Positions 49,645 to 63,100 of a DNA stretch of 64,000 bases are shown here, in pieces (position 1 is the stretch's first letter; every line of letters begins with the position of its first letter). The notes under the pieces were generated by a model. That model was not told where the DNA came from. It was given only the letters and a program-made list of their open reading frames with translations, and searched no databases. Source of the DNA: Candidatus Heimdallarchaeota archaeon. GTDB lineage: Archaea > Asgardarchaeota > Heimdallarchaeia > Heimdallarchaeales > Heimdallarchaeaceae. The position numbers and the translations under genes are program-made. Location: the NCBI GenBank assembly GCA_016839945.1, contig JAEOTE010000007.1:64001-128000 (forward strand), read 5' to 3'.

Positions 49645-49713
49645 TTCTTTAACTTGAGTAAAAAAACTTTTTCTTTAATTTTTTACATTTTATACTTTAT
49701 AATGTATATTATA

Positions 49714-51123
49714 TTAGATGAAATCTCCAGTCTCAATTTTCTGAGGAAGATAGAAATTTGTTATATACTGTGGATCTCTAGCATTTAGTGCTTGTATTTC
49801 TGCTTTGTAACCACTTGAAATTAAGATTTGTAGTTGTTCTTTCCATCGGGGTTTTCTTTTAACAAATTCCTCTTCTAACATAAGTTTCGATCTATGAATA
49901 TCCTTGGCTGTCATTTTCAGTAAAGTACTTTGAGGAATATCAAAACCGCTTTCTTGGGACAAATCACTAGGGAGTAGACCTAACCATTTGATATTAGGTA
50001 CTGCAAGATGACTCGATTCAAAACTCAAAGCTTTACTTCCAACACTATAGACTCTCATGATTTCAAAACCATATGGATCAGCGTCCATAAGTGAGAATAT
50101 AGGAAGGTTCAGCTCATCATTAATCTTCTTTAGGAACTGCCTTGTTGCCACATCAGGTTGTCCTTTAGCTGTAATTAAAATACTTGGAACATAATCATAG
50201 AAGTGATCTTCAGCTAATCTATTGAAAACCGCGTCTTTTTCTATAACTAGAACCATTTCCGCATCTGTATCTAAGTCTTCTATATCATCAATATTAGGAG
50301 ATATTGCTTTTCCTGCACCAATAGCTCTACAATCAATAAAATCTCCCTTTTCTTTGAAACTAATTCTTCCAACAACAATACCTTTTGATGATGCGCTAAT
50401 ATTAAGTGAAGTACGAGTAACTTGAAGCATTGCACTTAAATCTTCTAATAGTGAATCTGAAACTGTTTGTTTTTCAAATGAATTTACATCCATGTAAAAA
50501 ACATCTCTTTTTGTGCTGTGAATATCCCTAGAAAGTAAATCATGAATTAATCTCATTATTATCGTCATTTGTTCAACTGAACTTACAGAAGCTAAGTTTC
50601 GAAATTGACGTTCTATCATTTGTCTTCCAATTAGAACCAATTCTTGTTCTTCATCAAAACCTACATTCGTTCCACTCCTTGAAGGGATGTAGAAGGAAGC
50701 TTCAGATGGGTTGGATATGGCTTGCTGAATGAAATCAAGAGAATATTCAACTAACAGATTATTAGTCTCTTCAGATGTTTTTGTTTCTACGTGAGTTACT
50801 CCATAAGGCATGAAAAATTCTGTTCTATCAACAAGATCTCTTCTTACATCTTGTACTTTCTGAAGAGAGATATTATTTTTGACGCTCACACGCATGGCAT
50901 CTTTCTGAAGAGGATATCTTGAAAGTTTTCTAGAAGGTTCTAATCTATGCCATTTCTTCCCACTTCGAAGGAAAAGAATGTAAGTTCCTCTTTTTATATT
51001 AAAAGCTTCTTTCGTCCAATTATACATTTCTCTAACTAATATTTCTTTATCAAAACTAACTTGTTTTTCTATTGCTGGTAAGATTGTTGAATTTCTAAAA
51101 ATAAAATGATAATCAGGAGACAT
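49714..51123 (-). CDS. top6A: DNA topoisomerase VI subunit A with N-terminal ubiquitin-like extension
   Basis: TKRDVFY (catalytic Tyr), Toprim IEKDA and DADPYG, KGQPD..TR, KAEIQAL. Confidence 0.95.
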   Translation of the reverse strand: MSPDYHFIFRNSTILPAIEKQVSFDKEILVREMYNWTKEAFNIKRGTYILFLRSGKKWHRLEPSRKLSRYPLQKDAMRVSVKNNISLQKVQDVRRDLVDRTEFFMPYGVTHVETKTSEETNNLLVEYSLDFIQQAISNPSEASFYIPSRSGTNVGFDEEQELVLIGRQMIERQFRNLASVSSVEQMTIIMRLIHDLLSRDIHSTKRDVFYMDVNSFEKQTVSDSLLEDLSAMLQVTRTSLNISASSKGIVVGRISFKEKGDFIDCRAIGAGKAISPNIDDIEDLDTDAEMVLVIEKDAVFNRLAEDHFYDYVPSILITAKGQPDVATRQFLKKINDELNLPIFSLMDADPYGFEIMRVYSVGSKALSFESSHLAVPNIKWLGLLPSDLSQESGFDIPQSTLLKMTAKDIHRSKLMLEEEFVKRKPRWKEQLQILISSGYKAEIQALNARDPQYITNFYLPQKIETGDFI

Positions 51124-51124
51124 T

Positions 51125-54100
51125 TTATTTTACCTCCTTATTTTTGTTTTGAGATGTTGATTTAGAAGTATTGCTCTTCGAGTTTTTTTGAGAAACATCA
51201 AGCAATGTTGTTTGTTTTCCTTTTGTTGCTTTAGGTATAGTTGCAGTTTGTTTAATTACTACTTTTGGCTTAGTTACTGTCTTAGATTTAGTTGCAGTTG
51301 ATGATTTTGAAGGTGTTTTTGCAGCTGTTTTAACAGGTTTCTTCTTCTTTGGCTTGAGTTTTGCCTTGGGTAATCTATTCTTAAGATTTTTTATTGAAAG
51401 ATAGCTAAGGTTTGTTTTCTCATCCATGTTTGTTGATGGATAGACAACAAACTCCTTGATGGTTTTGACTCCCAACACTGTTATTTGATTTCTCGCTTCT
51501 GACTCCACTTCAAGATTTCTTAATGGTTTTTCTAAGAACTCTTTTAGGTCTTTTACACCTTGTTCTTCAAGCAGAGGATTCTTTACTATACTAGGTTCTG
51601 GAAATACTAATTGTTGTATTGTTTTTATCCCAGCTTTGTTCAGCTGAGTTATTAATTCTTCACTCAGGAAAGGATGAGTTTTTCTTATTAAAACAACCTC
51701 TTTTTCTGCATCCTTTATGGAATCCTGTGTAAAGTTTGAGAAGTAAGTTCTCAATTGACTTACCTGAATCCCAGTTATTTTGGAAAGACTTTGTGCAGTT
51801 TGTGCAAAAATATCCCAAAGTGTATGAATATTGTTCTTATGAAGTTCAGCTACACTTTGTGGATTGTCACTAATTATATCACTTAGATAATAAAATGGTA
51901 AATCTAGATTTCGTTTTATCCTTGAAACCTGAATACTATTCAACTTTGAGGTTTTCACAATCAGTTCTTCGGAAACATTCAAATGTGCTATAGTTGTATA
52001 TCCCGATTTGATTAACAGTTTTCTAATATTAGCATCAAATAATCCTATTTTCTTGACACTGTAACTCTTACTCTTCAATGTTTCATTGACTAACTGGCTA
52101 TTCATCTTATCTTGAAGAGACTTTACAATTGCTTGCTCTTGTTCAGTTAGACTTACGCTTATCGCTTTTCTTATATCTGGAATTGAAACAAAATCAATAA
52201 CTTGGATTATACCTTCGTTATGGAATTTTTCCAAAAGTCTTGGTTGATTAATGAATATAAGCATTGGAGCTCTTAACTTCTCGATAATTTTCACAATTTC
52301 AGAAGAATAGTCTTTAGGATCTTTGCTTTCAATATATTCAAGTAAAATTCCTATAGTTCGAATATCTTCTTTGCGTAGGAATGATAGTATTTCTTTGTCC
52401 TTTATGAACGAACTAAGTCTCTTCTGTTCAGAAGACATCATCCTTTCCACTCTTGTAGAGGAAAGTTTAGGTAGAAGAGATGTACATGTTGTTTCATATT
52501 CTATTTCACTTAATGATTTACAGTAAATTAAGAAATCAAAAACAGTCTGAAGCTTCATCTTATTCATTAAGTCATAAATCTTCTTATTTTCTCTAACAGG
52601 TGGAAGAGAAAAAAGATCAGTTTCTACCATGTTCTTTAATGAATCTGAGGTCTTCCAAACACTGCTTGTTTTTGATTTAGCTTGTTTATTGAATACAAGC
52701 GCTTCTTCAACTGATAGGATAAAACCTTTCTTAAGGATGGAAATATTGCTTCCTGAAAGTAAATCTTTAGGTATGCTTGTTAGGCTTCCTTCCAACTCCT
52801 TCAAAGTAATTAATGAGATATTCCTTAGATTTCTTAGGAAAACTGGATCAGGGATTTGGCTCTTAATCTTATTATAATCCTCTAACAATAATTCGTCTAT
52901 ACTCCTATAGGGAAGTTTTGAGATGATATCAACTTTCAACCTGTTTGGTTGAAGTAGGATTATTGTTCTTTTTAGATGATATGAGAGTTCATTATACTTC
53001 TTGCTTATCTTAGAATGAAGCTTTGAAATTGTTTTATTATAGAGTTCTTTTTCATGTTTTTGCAATAACAAAAGGTATTCTATTGAGGAATCTGACATAT
53101 CAAGTTTTTGATCTTTTGATTCAAGATTTAATACTTGCATCAGAGTTATACCTTTATTGAAAATAGAATTAATGGCATTTTGAATATCTTCTCTTTGTTT
53201 TTTGGTTACACTTATCTTATTGAGATTCATTGATAAATATGCTAAATCTAGTAGATTGAGAGAATATTCAGTTTTTGATACTAAATCCTTAAGCACTAAC
53301 TTTTCAAATACTTTTATTTTATCAAGTAAATAATTAGGAATCTTATCTAATGATACTTCTTCATCAAAAAGATCGGAGTAATACTTGATACTTCTCTGAT
53401 TTAGAATCGCTATATCCTTTGCAGAGAATATCTTACTTTCTTTTATCACTGGATGGCTTCCAAAATTACTGCTTGTTAAAGAGTATCTTATTTTTTCAAC
53501 TTCTGCTTGTTTTAATAAGAGAATTGAAGCAAGTTCTTTGTTAGTTAATAGATAAAATTCTTCTAAATTCTTAACATAGTTCTGTATGTTTTTCCAACTC
53601 TTAATTGTAACATCAGGAAGGAGTAAAAGCTCAATGGGTAGTTTTAGAATTCTCTTTATTTTGTTTGCCAGAGATTTGGAAAATGTGAACGTTTCTTTGT
53701 TTAAAGCAAAAATCAAATCATCCATTGTTGAATAATGTTTCTGAATTTCTTTCTTTGTTTCAGAATCGAAAATTTTCACTCTGCTTAACTGTACTTTCTT
53801 CTTAACATCTGTTTCAATTTTCTTGTAAGTTAGTGAAGAGGTAATTTCTAGGATTTTATCTTTCAATTTAGCAGGGGACAATATCATCCAAGAAGAGATG
53901 GGTTTTATTATGAGATCTCCTATAGTGTAAATACTCTTATCTTCTAAAATCTGTAGATCTGCCTTTGTTAGAACAGCGAGTGAGGAAATGGGTTTGGAGA
54001 ATGTTTGTTCAATTTTGAGACCCAAATCCGATAGTGAATCCTCTTTTTGATATAGTGTTGTTATTAAATCCAATATACTCTTAATTTTTGTTGTTTTTGT

Positions 54101-57100
54101 TTTCTTTGTGAACAATTCTTTAACATCGCTTTCCTCTATGTATTGATCTTTGGATATATAATTAGCTATTATACCTTCTTTTGATGCTAAGTAGTCTCCT
54201 AAGAATCCAACAATATTTGCTTTTTCTGTAGCATCACTTGTTTTCATTAAATCTCGAAAAGTTACTATTCCAGAATCTAAATAGTTGCTTTTTATTTCAT
54301 TTAGATTCTTTTGATTGATTTTTGGATAATAAAGGACAGAAGTGTTATAGACTTCTTCTGCTTTATTTTGAATTTGTTTAATCTTTTTCTCTGAAACTAA
54401 CCAGTCGTAAATTGTGTTATTCATTAAATCCTCGAGATTGTAAATTCCTATAGATTTCAGATAATTTCTGTCTTGAGCTGATAGGAAGAAAATTTCTTTC
54501 AAGTTTTGTTCTGCAACGGAATCTATTCGTTGAACAATCGAATCTACTTTGAAATTCTTAATAGTATTTTGAATAGTTGTGACTTTTACTTTTGAAGTAG
54601 TTGCAATAACTTTAGGAGATAGATAGAAGATATCTGCAATAATATTAACACCTGCAGATTTCATTTTCTCTAAATCTTTAGGATCAAAATCTAGAAAGCG
54701 TAGATTCGCCAATAAATATGGAGTAATTTTCTTGAAAATGACTTCATCATCTTTGAATGTAGGTGATGTCAATATTGATTTGTATGAAGAATATCCTTTG
54801 TTTGATAAATCAACTTCTAATTCGGATAATGGTTCTTTAAATCCCTCTTCTTTTATACCTTTTATTAACGAGAGAGAGAGAATAATTTCATCTTGAATAT
54901 TCTTTGGTAATTTATTAAGGAATATCAAATGCTCAATGATGGTTGTGAACCCTTTTTCATAACAATAATCTAGTGACTCTTTTGTTATTGAGGATAAATA
55001 GCTGATATTATTGGATAATTGACTTCTGTAGTCATCAACTTCTTTTCCTTTTACTTTACTATTAGTTACGATATGACTAACAGGAACGAAGAAAAGATGC
55101 TCAACTGTTGTTATACCTATTTGAAGGAGAGAAGTTGCTGTCTTCTTTGGTAATCCCAACATTTCAATTGAGATACCAAACTTATCAATTTTCTTCAGGT
55201 TTTTAACAAGATAATCTGGTTCTTCTTTCTGTTTTGTAATAAGCTTACTAAAACTTGCTGGCCAATTCTTCTGAGGTATAGCTAACAAATCGTTATATGT
55301 TGTTATATTACTATTTAACAAGTCTTTAATTTCTGTATCTTTCAGCTTTAATGATTTTCCAATTAACGTTATTGGGGTTAATAAAATAGAGATGAGTTTT
55401 ACAAGATTTTTCTTTTCCTCAATAGGTATTGGTATTAAATCAAGATTAAGCTCTGATGCTTGAACTAGAGATACACAACCATACTCGGAAAGAATGGTTT
55501 TGGTTTCCTTTGTTATTTCAGAGAATAGGCTTAAATCAAGACCTATTAATTTTACATTTTCTTCTAATGATTTAATATCAATAGTTGTTTTAATGGTCCT
55601 TATTTTTTCTTCTGCAACATTGATTAGTTTGGCTAAGAGTGGAGCTGGAATGAGAAGGAATTGGTAAAGGTTTCGAATGCCATTGTGTTTTAGTTTTTCT
55701 ATTTGTTTGGAAGTTAGGTTACCTATATAGGATAATGGAATACTTTTTAGTGATAGAAGTAGAGGGCAAACTTCTGAGAGTAATTCTCTTTTTTCTACAA
55801 TCTTACTATCTAGTGATAAAAGCTCATCTAGATAGAGTATTTTTTCATCCTTTAATCTCTTAATAAGAGCTGAATCTGAAACAATCTTAATATCAGAGAG
55901 TTTGATCGCCCATTCTGGAGGGCTTATCTGTATAACTATACTATTAAGAACCTCTACTATTTTAGAATGCAGATCATGATTTTCCTCTTTCTCTGATAAA
56001 CATAATAATCCTGATACAATGTTGTTACAATCGCTTTGAGACAAAATATTCAATTGTGCAATGTTAAGCTCAACGTTAGAAATGAGCCATGAAATTGGCT
56101 TAAACATATTTGAAGTGATTATTCTGATTAATGATTTCTCGATATCTCCAAAATCAAAAACTGGGTGAGGTATGAAATCTACTAATAATAGAGCACTTGA
56201 TAATCCATATTTCATAAATTGTTCTTCTGCTTTATTTGGAAAGGAGAGAGCATGATCAATATAGTATGAAAATGTTTCTGACATTCTTGTACTCAAATTA
56301 AATTCTCTTTGGAATATTCTTATTTGCTTTGCTACAGCTTTTGGTATACCAATTATTGTGTTGACATTTGTTGAGAGAAGTTCAATAACATGTTTAATAC
56401 CATTATTCCATAGAACTCCTTTAGAAGAAATATCAAAACCTGGTAATGCAAGAACATTCAAACACAGAAAGCTAACTAATTGTTCAATAAATGCTATGCT
56501 TGAGATTTTTTCTATTCTTTCAGATTCTGATAGTTGTAGCAGTGCATCTGGGATAAAACCAAATATATCTTCTACAGCTTTTTTTGTTGGATCGAATTCA
56601 AGAGATTTAAGCAAGTTGATTATAGGTTCGTTAAGGGTTAATGTTCTACCTTTTGAAAGTGTGAAAGTGCCTTTCCTAGCTGAACTTATGGTTTTTGGAA
56701 TTGAACCATTCAAGGCTCGTTTCAAATCCTTATCTGAACAATTAAAGAGATCAATCAACCTCAGAATTCCTTCACTAGTTAAGTTTAGTTTCTCCTCTGA
56801 AGATAACTCTGAAATTCGGTAAATTGAGATGTGACACGCGTTTAGAAAATCTCTCATATAGTCCCCAGAGACACTCAATGTAGGATATGCTTGATAATTT
56901 GAACTATACAAATCTTGAACATGTATTTTTCCAGATTTAAGTAGAGAATTAATTTTTCCCTTTGATAAAACAAAGAAGTTTACTAACTCGACACCTTTTC
57001 GTTTAACTTCTTTCATCAAATTAGAAGGAGTGATTTTGTCCAAGTATGTTTGCACTTTTTTCTCTGACATGTTTAGTAAAAGAGAGATTGTAGAAACATC

Positions 57101-60100
57101 CTCTGTAATAAAGGAGAGGATATCACCTACACCTGAATATATAAGCTTCATTACATGATGATTATCTAAACCAATAAAAGCTACAGAAGAGCGATATAGT
57201 TGCACTTCTCTAAAGATATCTAATCGAACTAGAGCAGGACGAGATTCTCTTATTTCTTCCATTCTTGATATAAAGTCTTGTACGGAGTTGATACCTATAT
57301 CTAGTAGTTTTTCGAGATAATCTTCCTCAATTGAAGGACAAACAGTAAGAGGTATAGCAGAACTAATTCTTCTTTCTGATAACTCATCGAATGATATGAG
57401 ATCTAGTGCATGAAACTCTTTGTATATTGGATTTTGCGTAATTGTAAATAACTCATCTCTATTCAATAAAGCAAGATCTATAACGGAATTTATTTCATGA
57501 TACTCCAGACGTTTAATTTCATCATAAGATAGAAAGCCTATGAATCGGATTGAGCCAGATAAGAGTTCTTTTGCTTTCTTATATACGTCAACTTGAAGTA
57601 TTTCAGAGATACCTAACAAAGATGCTGAATAGAAGAGAGTTTCAATATCTGTAATCCCTAAATCTTTTAGCTCATCTAGTTTTTTCTCTGGTATTAGTTC
57701 TGATGGTCTTATTAAGTGAGATTGTGATAAACGGAAGGACACAATATCGGTGTAGGTTAGACCTTCTTTTATTTCTCTTATTTGTTTCTGGGAAAAACCA
57801 GAGATTTCTGAGAGTTGCTTTTCTGGAAGTGAGAAGAAATCAATCAATGTATTAATTGAAGATTTGCTCAACTTGAGAGTAAGTTCTCTTGGAAGCCCCA
57901 TGGAAGCTATTGGGATTGCTAATTCCATTATTAGTTTATTAAGAGAGTCAGTCTCCATTAAACTTGAGAAGAAAGGCGAGAGGGCAGAATGTTCCTCCAG
58001 ATTTATTTCAAATACATCACCAATTATGACGTTTTTGTATTCTTCTCTACGAGCTTTTCTGATCTTAGTGAAGAAGGGTGTGATTCTAAGAGGTAACTCT
58101 AAAATTGATCGAATTAATGTTAGATTATAATGATCTGTAAGGTATTGTTTGTCTTTACCAGTTAAGTCTTTTATAACTTTTGGATCAGTAATAACATCTG
58201 ATAACGTTTTATTTTCTACTTCTTGAATAACCCTGTTGAAATATGATGAATTATATACAGATGCAGGTAGTTTAGCGAAGTAATGGAAAGCTTGCATTAC
58301 TATTATTTTTGAAGAATATGTAGAAACAACTCTGTAAAGCACTGGGTCTTTAAGATCTATATCAGGAATGAAAAGTAATTGGTAAACATAATGGATATCA
58401 TTTTGTTCTAAAACCTCTAATGAAAATTCTGAAATCTCTGTAAAAATCTTCAAAGGTAAGGTGAGGTATTTCTTAACAGCTGATATCTTTATCCACAATT
58501 CTGGATTAGAGAAATAATACTGTTCTTCTATAGTATAGAATATTTCTTGAATTGTTTGGAATCTTTCAAAGTGGAATATTGAATCTTTACTCAATAATCT
58601 TTGTTCAAGTTTATCAAACAATTGAGTTTCAAAAGCAAAAATACCCTTTTGTTCATACATTGCTTGAATGCTTGAGGATGTCAGAGAAGTTATTATACTT
58701 TCAGCATCCTTTGGAGAGATTTTTATGAGTTTGCTTAGTTTTTGAGATGATGCAAGAATAAACTCAGATATTGTTTTTATTCCATTTTCTCTTAGAATTT
58801 CTGTTTGACTAAATGAGAGCGATGGTAAGAAATAAACAGGTAGTGAGAAGTAGCCAAATATATCTGAAAAGTCTAAAGCACTTTTTATTGTTTCAAATCT
58901 TTCATCTGGTATTCCTGTTTTTTCCATCAGAACTTCAGGAGAGGATAACATAAAACCAAGTAAAGTCCTTATTTTTGCTTTTTCTAATAGTTCTATGATT
59001 TCAGGATCTAGCATATCAGAAATATGATCCAAAGATAGATTCAAGATAGCTTTAAAGGATTCAATAACATCCCATGGTAAAATTTCCTCATTCCACTTAT
59101 CTTTTGAAGTTGAGAAGTATAAATCCTCAATTGTCATTATGTTATTTTCATCCAACACTCTGACAATTCTAGGTTCTAATATTCCTAATTCAGAAAGGTC
59201 AATTCCAGTATCACTTATTCTAACATTCCTTTGAAGAAGTATAGCTTCTTCATTATCTACTCCTAAGAAAGAAGCAATATCTTCAGATTTACTTACTAGT
59301 AAATCAATAATTTTAGTGATTCCATTATTTCTCAAAATGTTGAGTTGTTGGGTTGTCAAGGTTCTAGTTTGGACCTCTTCTATTTCTTGTGTTTCTTCGG
59401 ATTCTTCAACTTGAACAGTTTTCTTGATGATTTTCTCCCATGTTACTAGTGTTAAAGGAGACCTCAGTAGCTTTCTGAACTTATCAATGACATTCCAGTT
59501 AACTACTGCTGAAGAAAAAGTGAGAGGGTGGGCTAAGTAAAAAATCTTATCCACTGTATCATAGCCAGAAAGTATTAGTGATACAATTTCGTGTGAAGAA
59601 AATCTCTCTGATTCTTCGTATTCAAATGATATTAGAGAAGTATATTTATTTCCTGATTTTTCAAAGAAATGAGTACCTTTTTTCTCAATTGCGAAAACAT
59701 CTATTAATTGCTGGGTTTCTTGAGTAGACCTTACTAAAGTAGCTGCTAACTCATCAATAGTATATTCAAATAATTGATGAATAGCTGTTATCCCTCTGTT
59801 CCTTAATTTATCAAAATCTTCAAGAGTTAACTTACTTATTCTAGAAATTGGTAAACCTAGAGTTTGAACGAATTCATCATATTCACTAATTAGTAAGATT
59901 TCCTTACTAAATTGATCAGTTTCTGAAAATGTTCTATTCTTGATATTATTGTGAAGCTCAATAACAAGTTTTCTTTCTTTAGCAGTGTTTAACTCAGATT
60001 CAATAATTTCTGGAATAAGATCTAAAAATTGTCTTACTGTTACAATATTTCTTAATTTCAAACGAAGAAGAGCTTCTGTAAGCAGAGATAAATCCTTGAA

Positions 60101-63100
60101 TTTGTCTGGATATAGTTGAGTAAGTTCGATTATTTCCATATTCGCTAATTGATTTAAATGTCGAATATTTTCCCAAAAACCTGTATTCAATGTTGGTTTT
60201 TCAGTAGGGTAAACACTGTATAGATCTTGGATTGTTAGGTTATGTTTTTCTATGAATTGAACTAATCTTGGATATTGGTTACTAAGTAAACTCAAACTCT
60301 TTCCAAATTCTGTTCTATTCTTTTTTACTTCTTCTTCACTTATTGATTGTTTTAAATCCTTTACCCTTTCTTCTGATATGTTTAATACATCAGATAAATC
60401 AGAATTAGACCAGATTGAGAACCTGCCAATACAGTTTATTCCTATTTCTTGCAATAAATATGATTGCCTTCTTAATGAAGGAAATGCAAAAGATATAGGA
60501 GTTAATAAAAGATTTGCAGTTTCTAGATATGTTCTTTTTGCTTCTCCTGTTAGATTGTAAGCTTCAGGAGGATTGTAAAAAATTTCCTCAATAGATACTA
60601 TTCCTGCAGTTTTTAGTGTTTCTTGATGTTTTATCCATTTGAATATTGGAGTTCCAAGACTCTTTTTTATTCTCTCAACATCTTTTTTTCTCAAACCTAA
60701 CTTTCTTAATTGAGGTGATGGAAATGCTAAGAATGCAGTAGTTGTAAAAATTTGAAGATTAACTAATTGTTGCTCAATATCCTTTGGTATTACTTTAACG
60801 TGAGACAAATCTTTATCTTTCTTTGACTCTCGAATGTGAGATATTAATTTGTGTTTTGATTCCTTGAGTAGTAGATCACCTATCAATTTGTAATCTCTTT
60901 TCAAAATTGATGCTGTGGGTAAAGAGATTAGGTTAGTAAGAGTCTTTATACCTTTTTGAGATAGAACCTTTATGGCTTCTGTTTCCTCTTCCCTAAGTAT
61001 TTCATCAGAAATTAACTCAAATTTAGATAGTTCAATAGATTCTGAGGATTTGACTAGAGTATCTAGAAAGGTATTGTACAAATTCCTCTCTAGTTCCTTT
61101 ATTACAACAAGATCATCTAGTTTAGCATTAATTAAATCCTCAATTGTTTTTATTTTTCTTCTATGAAAAGCGTTCTTAGTATAAGCATCTGTCCAATCAG
61201 GTTTCATCTTAGTTACATTGGTCTTAGAAAATGTAGGAAACTTATCACATAGTTGAGAAAAAATATTTTGCAGGTAATTAACTAAAACAGCTGTTACTTC
61301 TGTTTGATAGTTTACTGAATATGGTAATTTTGTTTGGTAAAGAAATTCTTCAATGGTTGTATCTTGAGATATCAAACCTTTAGAATTATCTTTTAGATAC
61401 TCAAAAGTTGGAAATAGTGTATCTATTTTTATGTCATCAACTTTGGTGAGTGAAGCCAGAAGTTGTTTTCTTTTTTCTGATTTAGCTTTACTTGTTTTAT
61501 CCTTGGTTAGTAAGTACTGATGAAGGAGCTGTTCTTTTTTATTTTCGAAAAGTTTCTCTAGTAATCCAGTAACTGTTTGTAGTTTGTTAAAATCTGTAGC
61601 GAAATAATGGTAACTGTTTTGTATCCATCTTCGATATAAAGCCTCTTTTAATGTGATTATAGTTTTTTCATTTTGAGTAAATCTTCTTTCTATAGTTCTA
61701 CTTACAAAGAGTTTAGGATCAAAACTAGGGCTCATTCCCTCTCTATCAAGTTCAGATATCGTTCTAAGTTTGATATTGTAGATATCTTGTTTAGTAAGTT
61801 CTAACAGTTTTGCTATATTATCAGATGGTGTTATGAGAAAATCAGAAATAGATTCAATATTGTTTGTTCGAAGAACTGATTGAATTCTTGATGGACACCA
61901 TACATTAGCACCAAATAATCTTCTTCCCAAAGGCATGAAGAGCTTAACTTTTTTTGTTGCACCATGAGCCAAGGCCGCAGCAATTCTGTCAGTTTCTAAC
62001 CTAAAATCAGTATAATTAACTGCTTCATCTTCTAAAATTTTTGTTAGATTATCTATGATTATTGGTGCAGATCTTACAAAGCGTGATAATCTTGCATGCT
62101 CTCTTCTTCTTCTTTTAGCTCTGCTTAAAAATGTCTTTAGTCTTCTCCCCAACTGCATTAATGCTAATCGTATCTCTTCCTCAATCTCAGGAACAATGGA
62201 TATATATTCTTTACTTGTTTCTGGAAAAGGAATCTTAGTACTTACTACTGATACAGCTACAGCTAGAGGATCAGATTGCCTTGTTAACCCATATTCATTC
62301 CATCTTATTGAAGAAACAGTATGAGAAATAACATCGTTCCCTGCTCCAAATATGAGTGGGATACGATTTGCGTACCTATAAATTATTTTATTATCTTGAA
62401 CGGTAGCTCCCTTTACTTGCGAAGCTTCATTTACTCCCCCTCCATAACCTATTGCTACTTCTACAACAAAGGGATGACCAGAATAAGCTTTAGGAGCTCT
62501 TGTTACAGCTTCTACAAATTTAGGTTCCAGTTCTTTTTCTAAACCCCTCCTTAATCTATTCGATCCTAATGGTGATAAAGCAGTACCTTTTGGATCATCA
62601 AACTGAAATATTCTATCTCTTTTTCTTTTAACATCTTTCGCTTCTTGGTAAGCTTTTACAAAACCTTCATGAACTATTCTTCTGATTTCGTGAGAGGTAA
62701 TATCTTTTGGAGATTTGTTTGGATCAATCTCTAAAAGTTGGAAGAAACCTTCTGCTATTTCCTCATTTACTCCCATGAATTGTGTTGCTAGAAATTGCTT
62801 GAGTGTTTTGCTTTGACTTGCAGTTAATTCTGCCTTGAACTGAGTAATATCACACCCCCATGGATGAATTTTAACTGGTTGAGGAGGGGGAGGCATATCA
62901 TCTACAACACTAAGAAAGTCCAGATCTTCATATTCACCTTCTTTATCTGCAGGAACTTTGATTTTAAAACTGGAATAAGGGGTAATAATTGCTAATTGCT
63001 TAAAATATTCTTTTACGCTATTCTTAGCAAGCCTCCATGCTCCTGTAAAAGTGATTGATATTTCTGTTCCAGGTTCTTCAAGATAGTTTGGATCTCCTGG

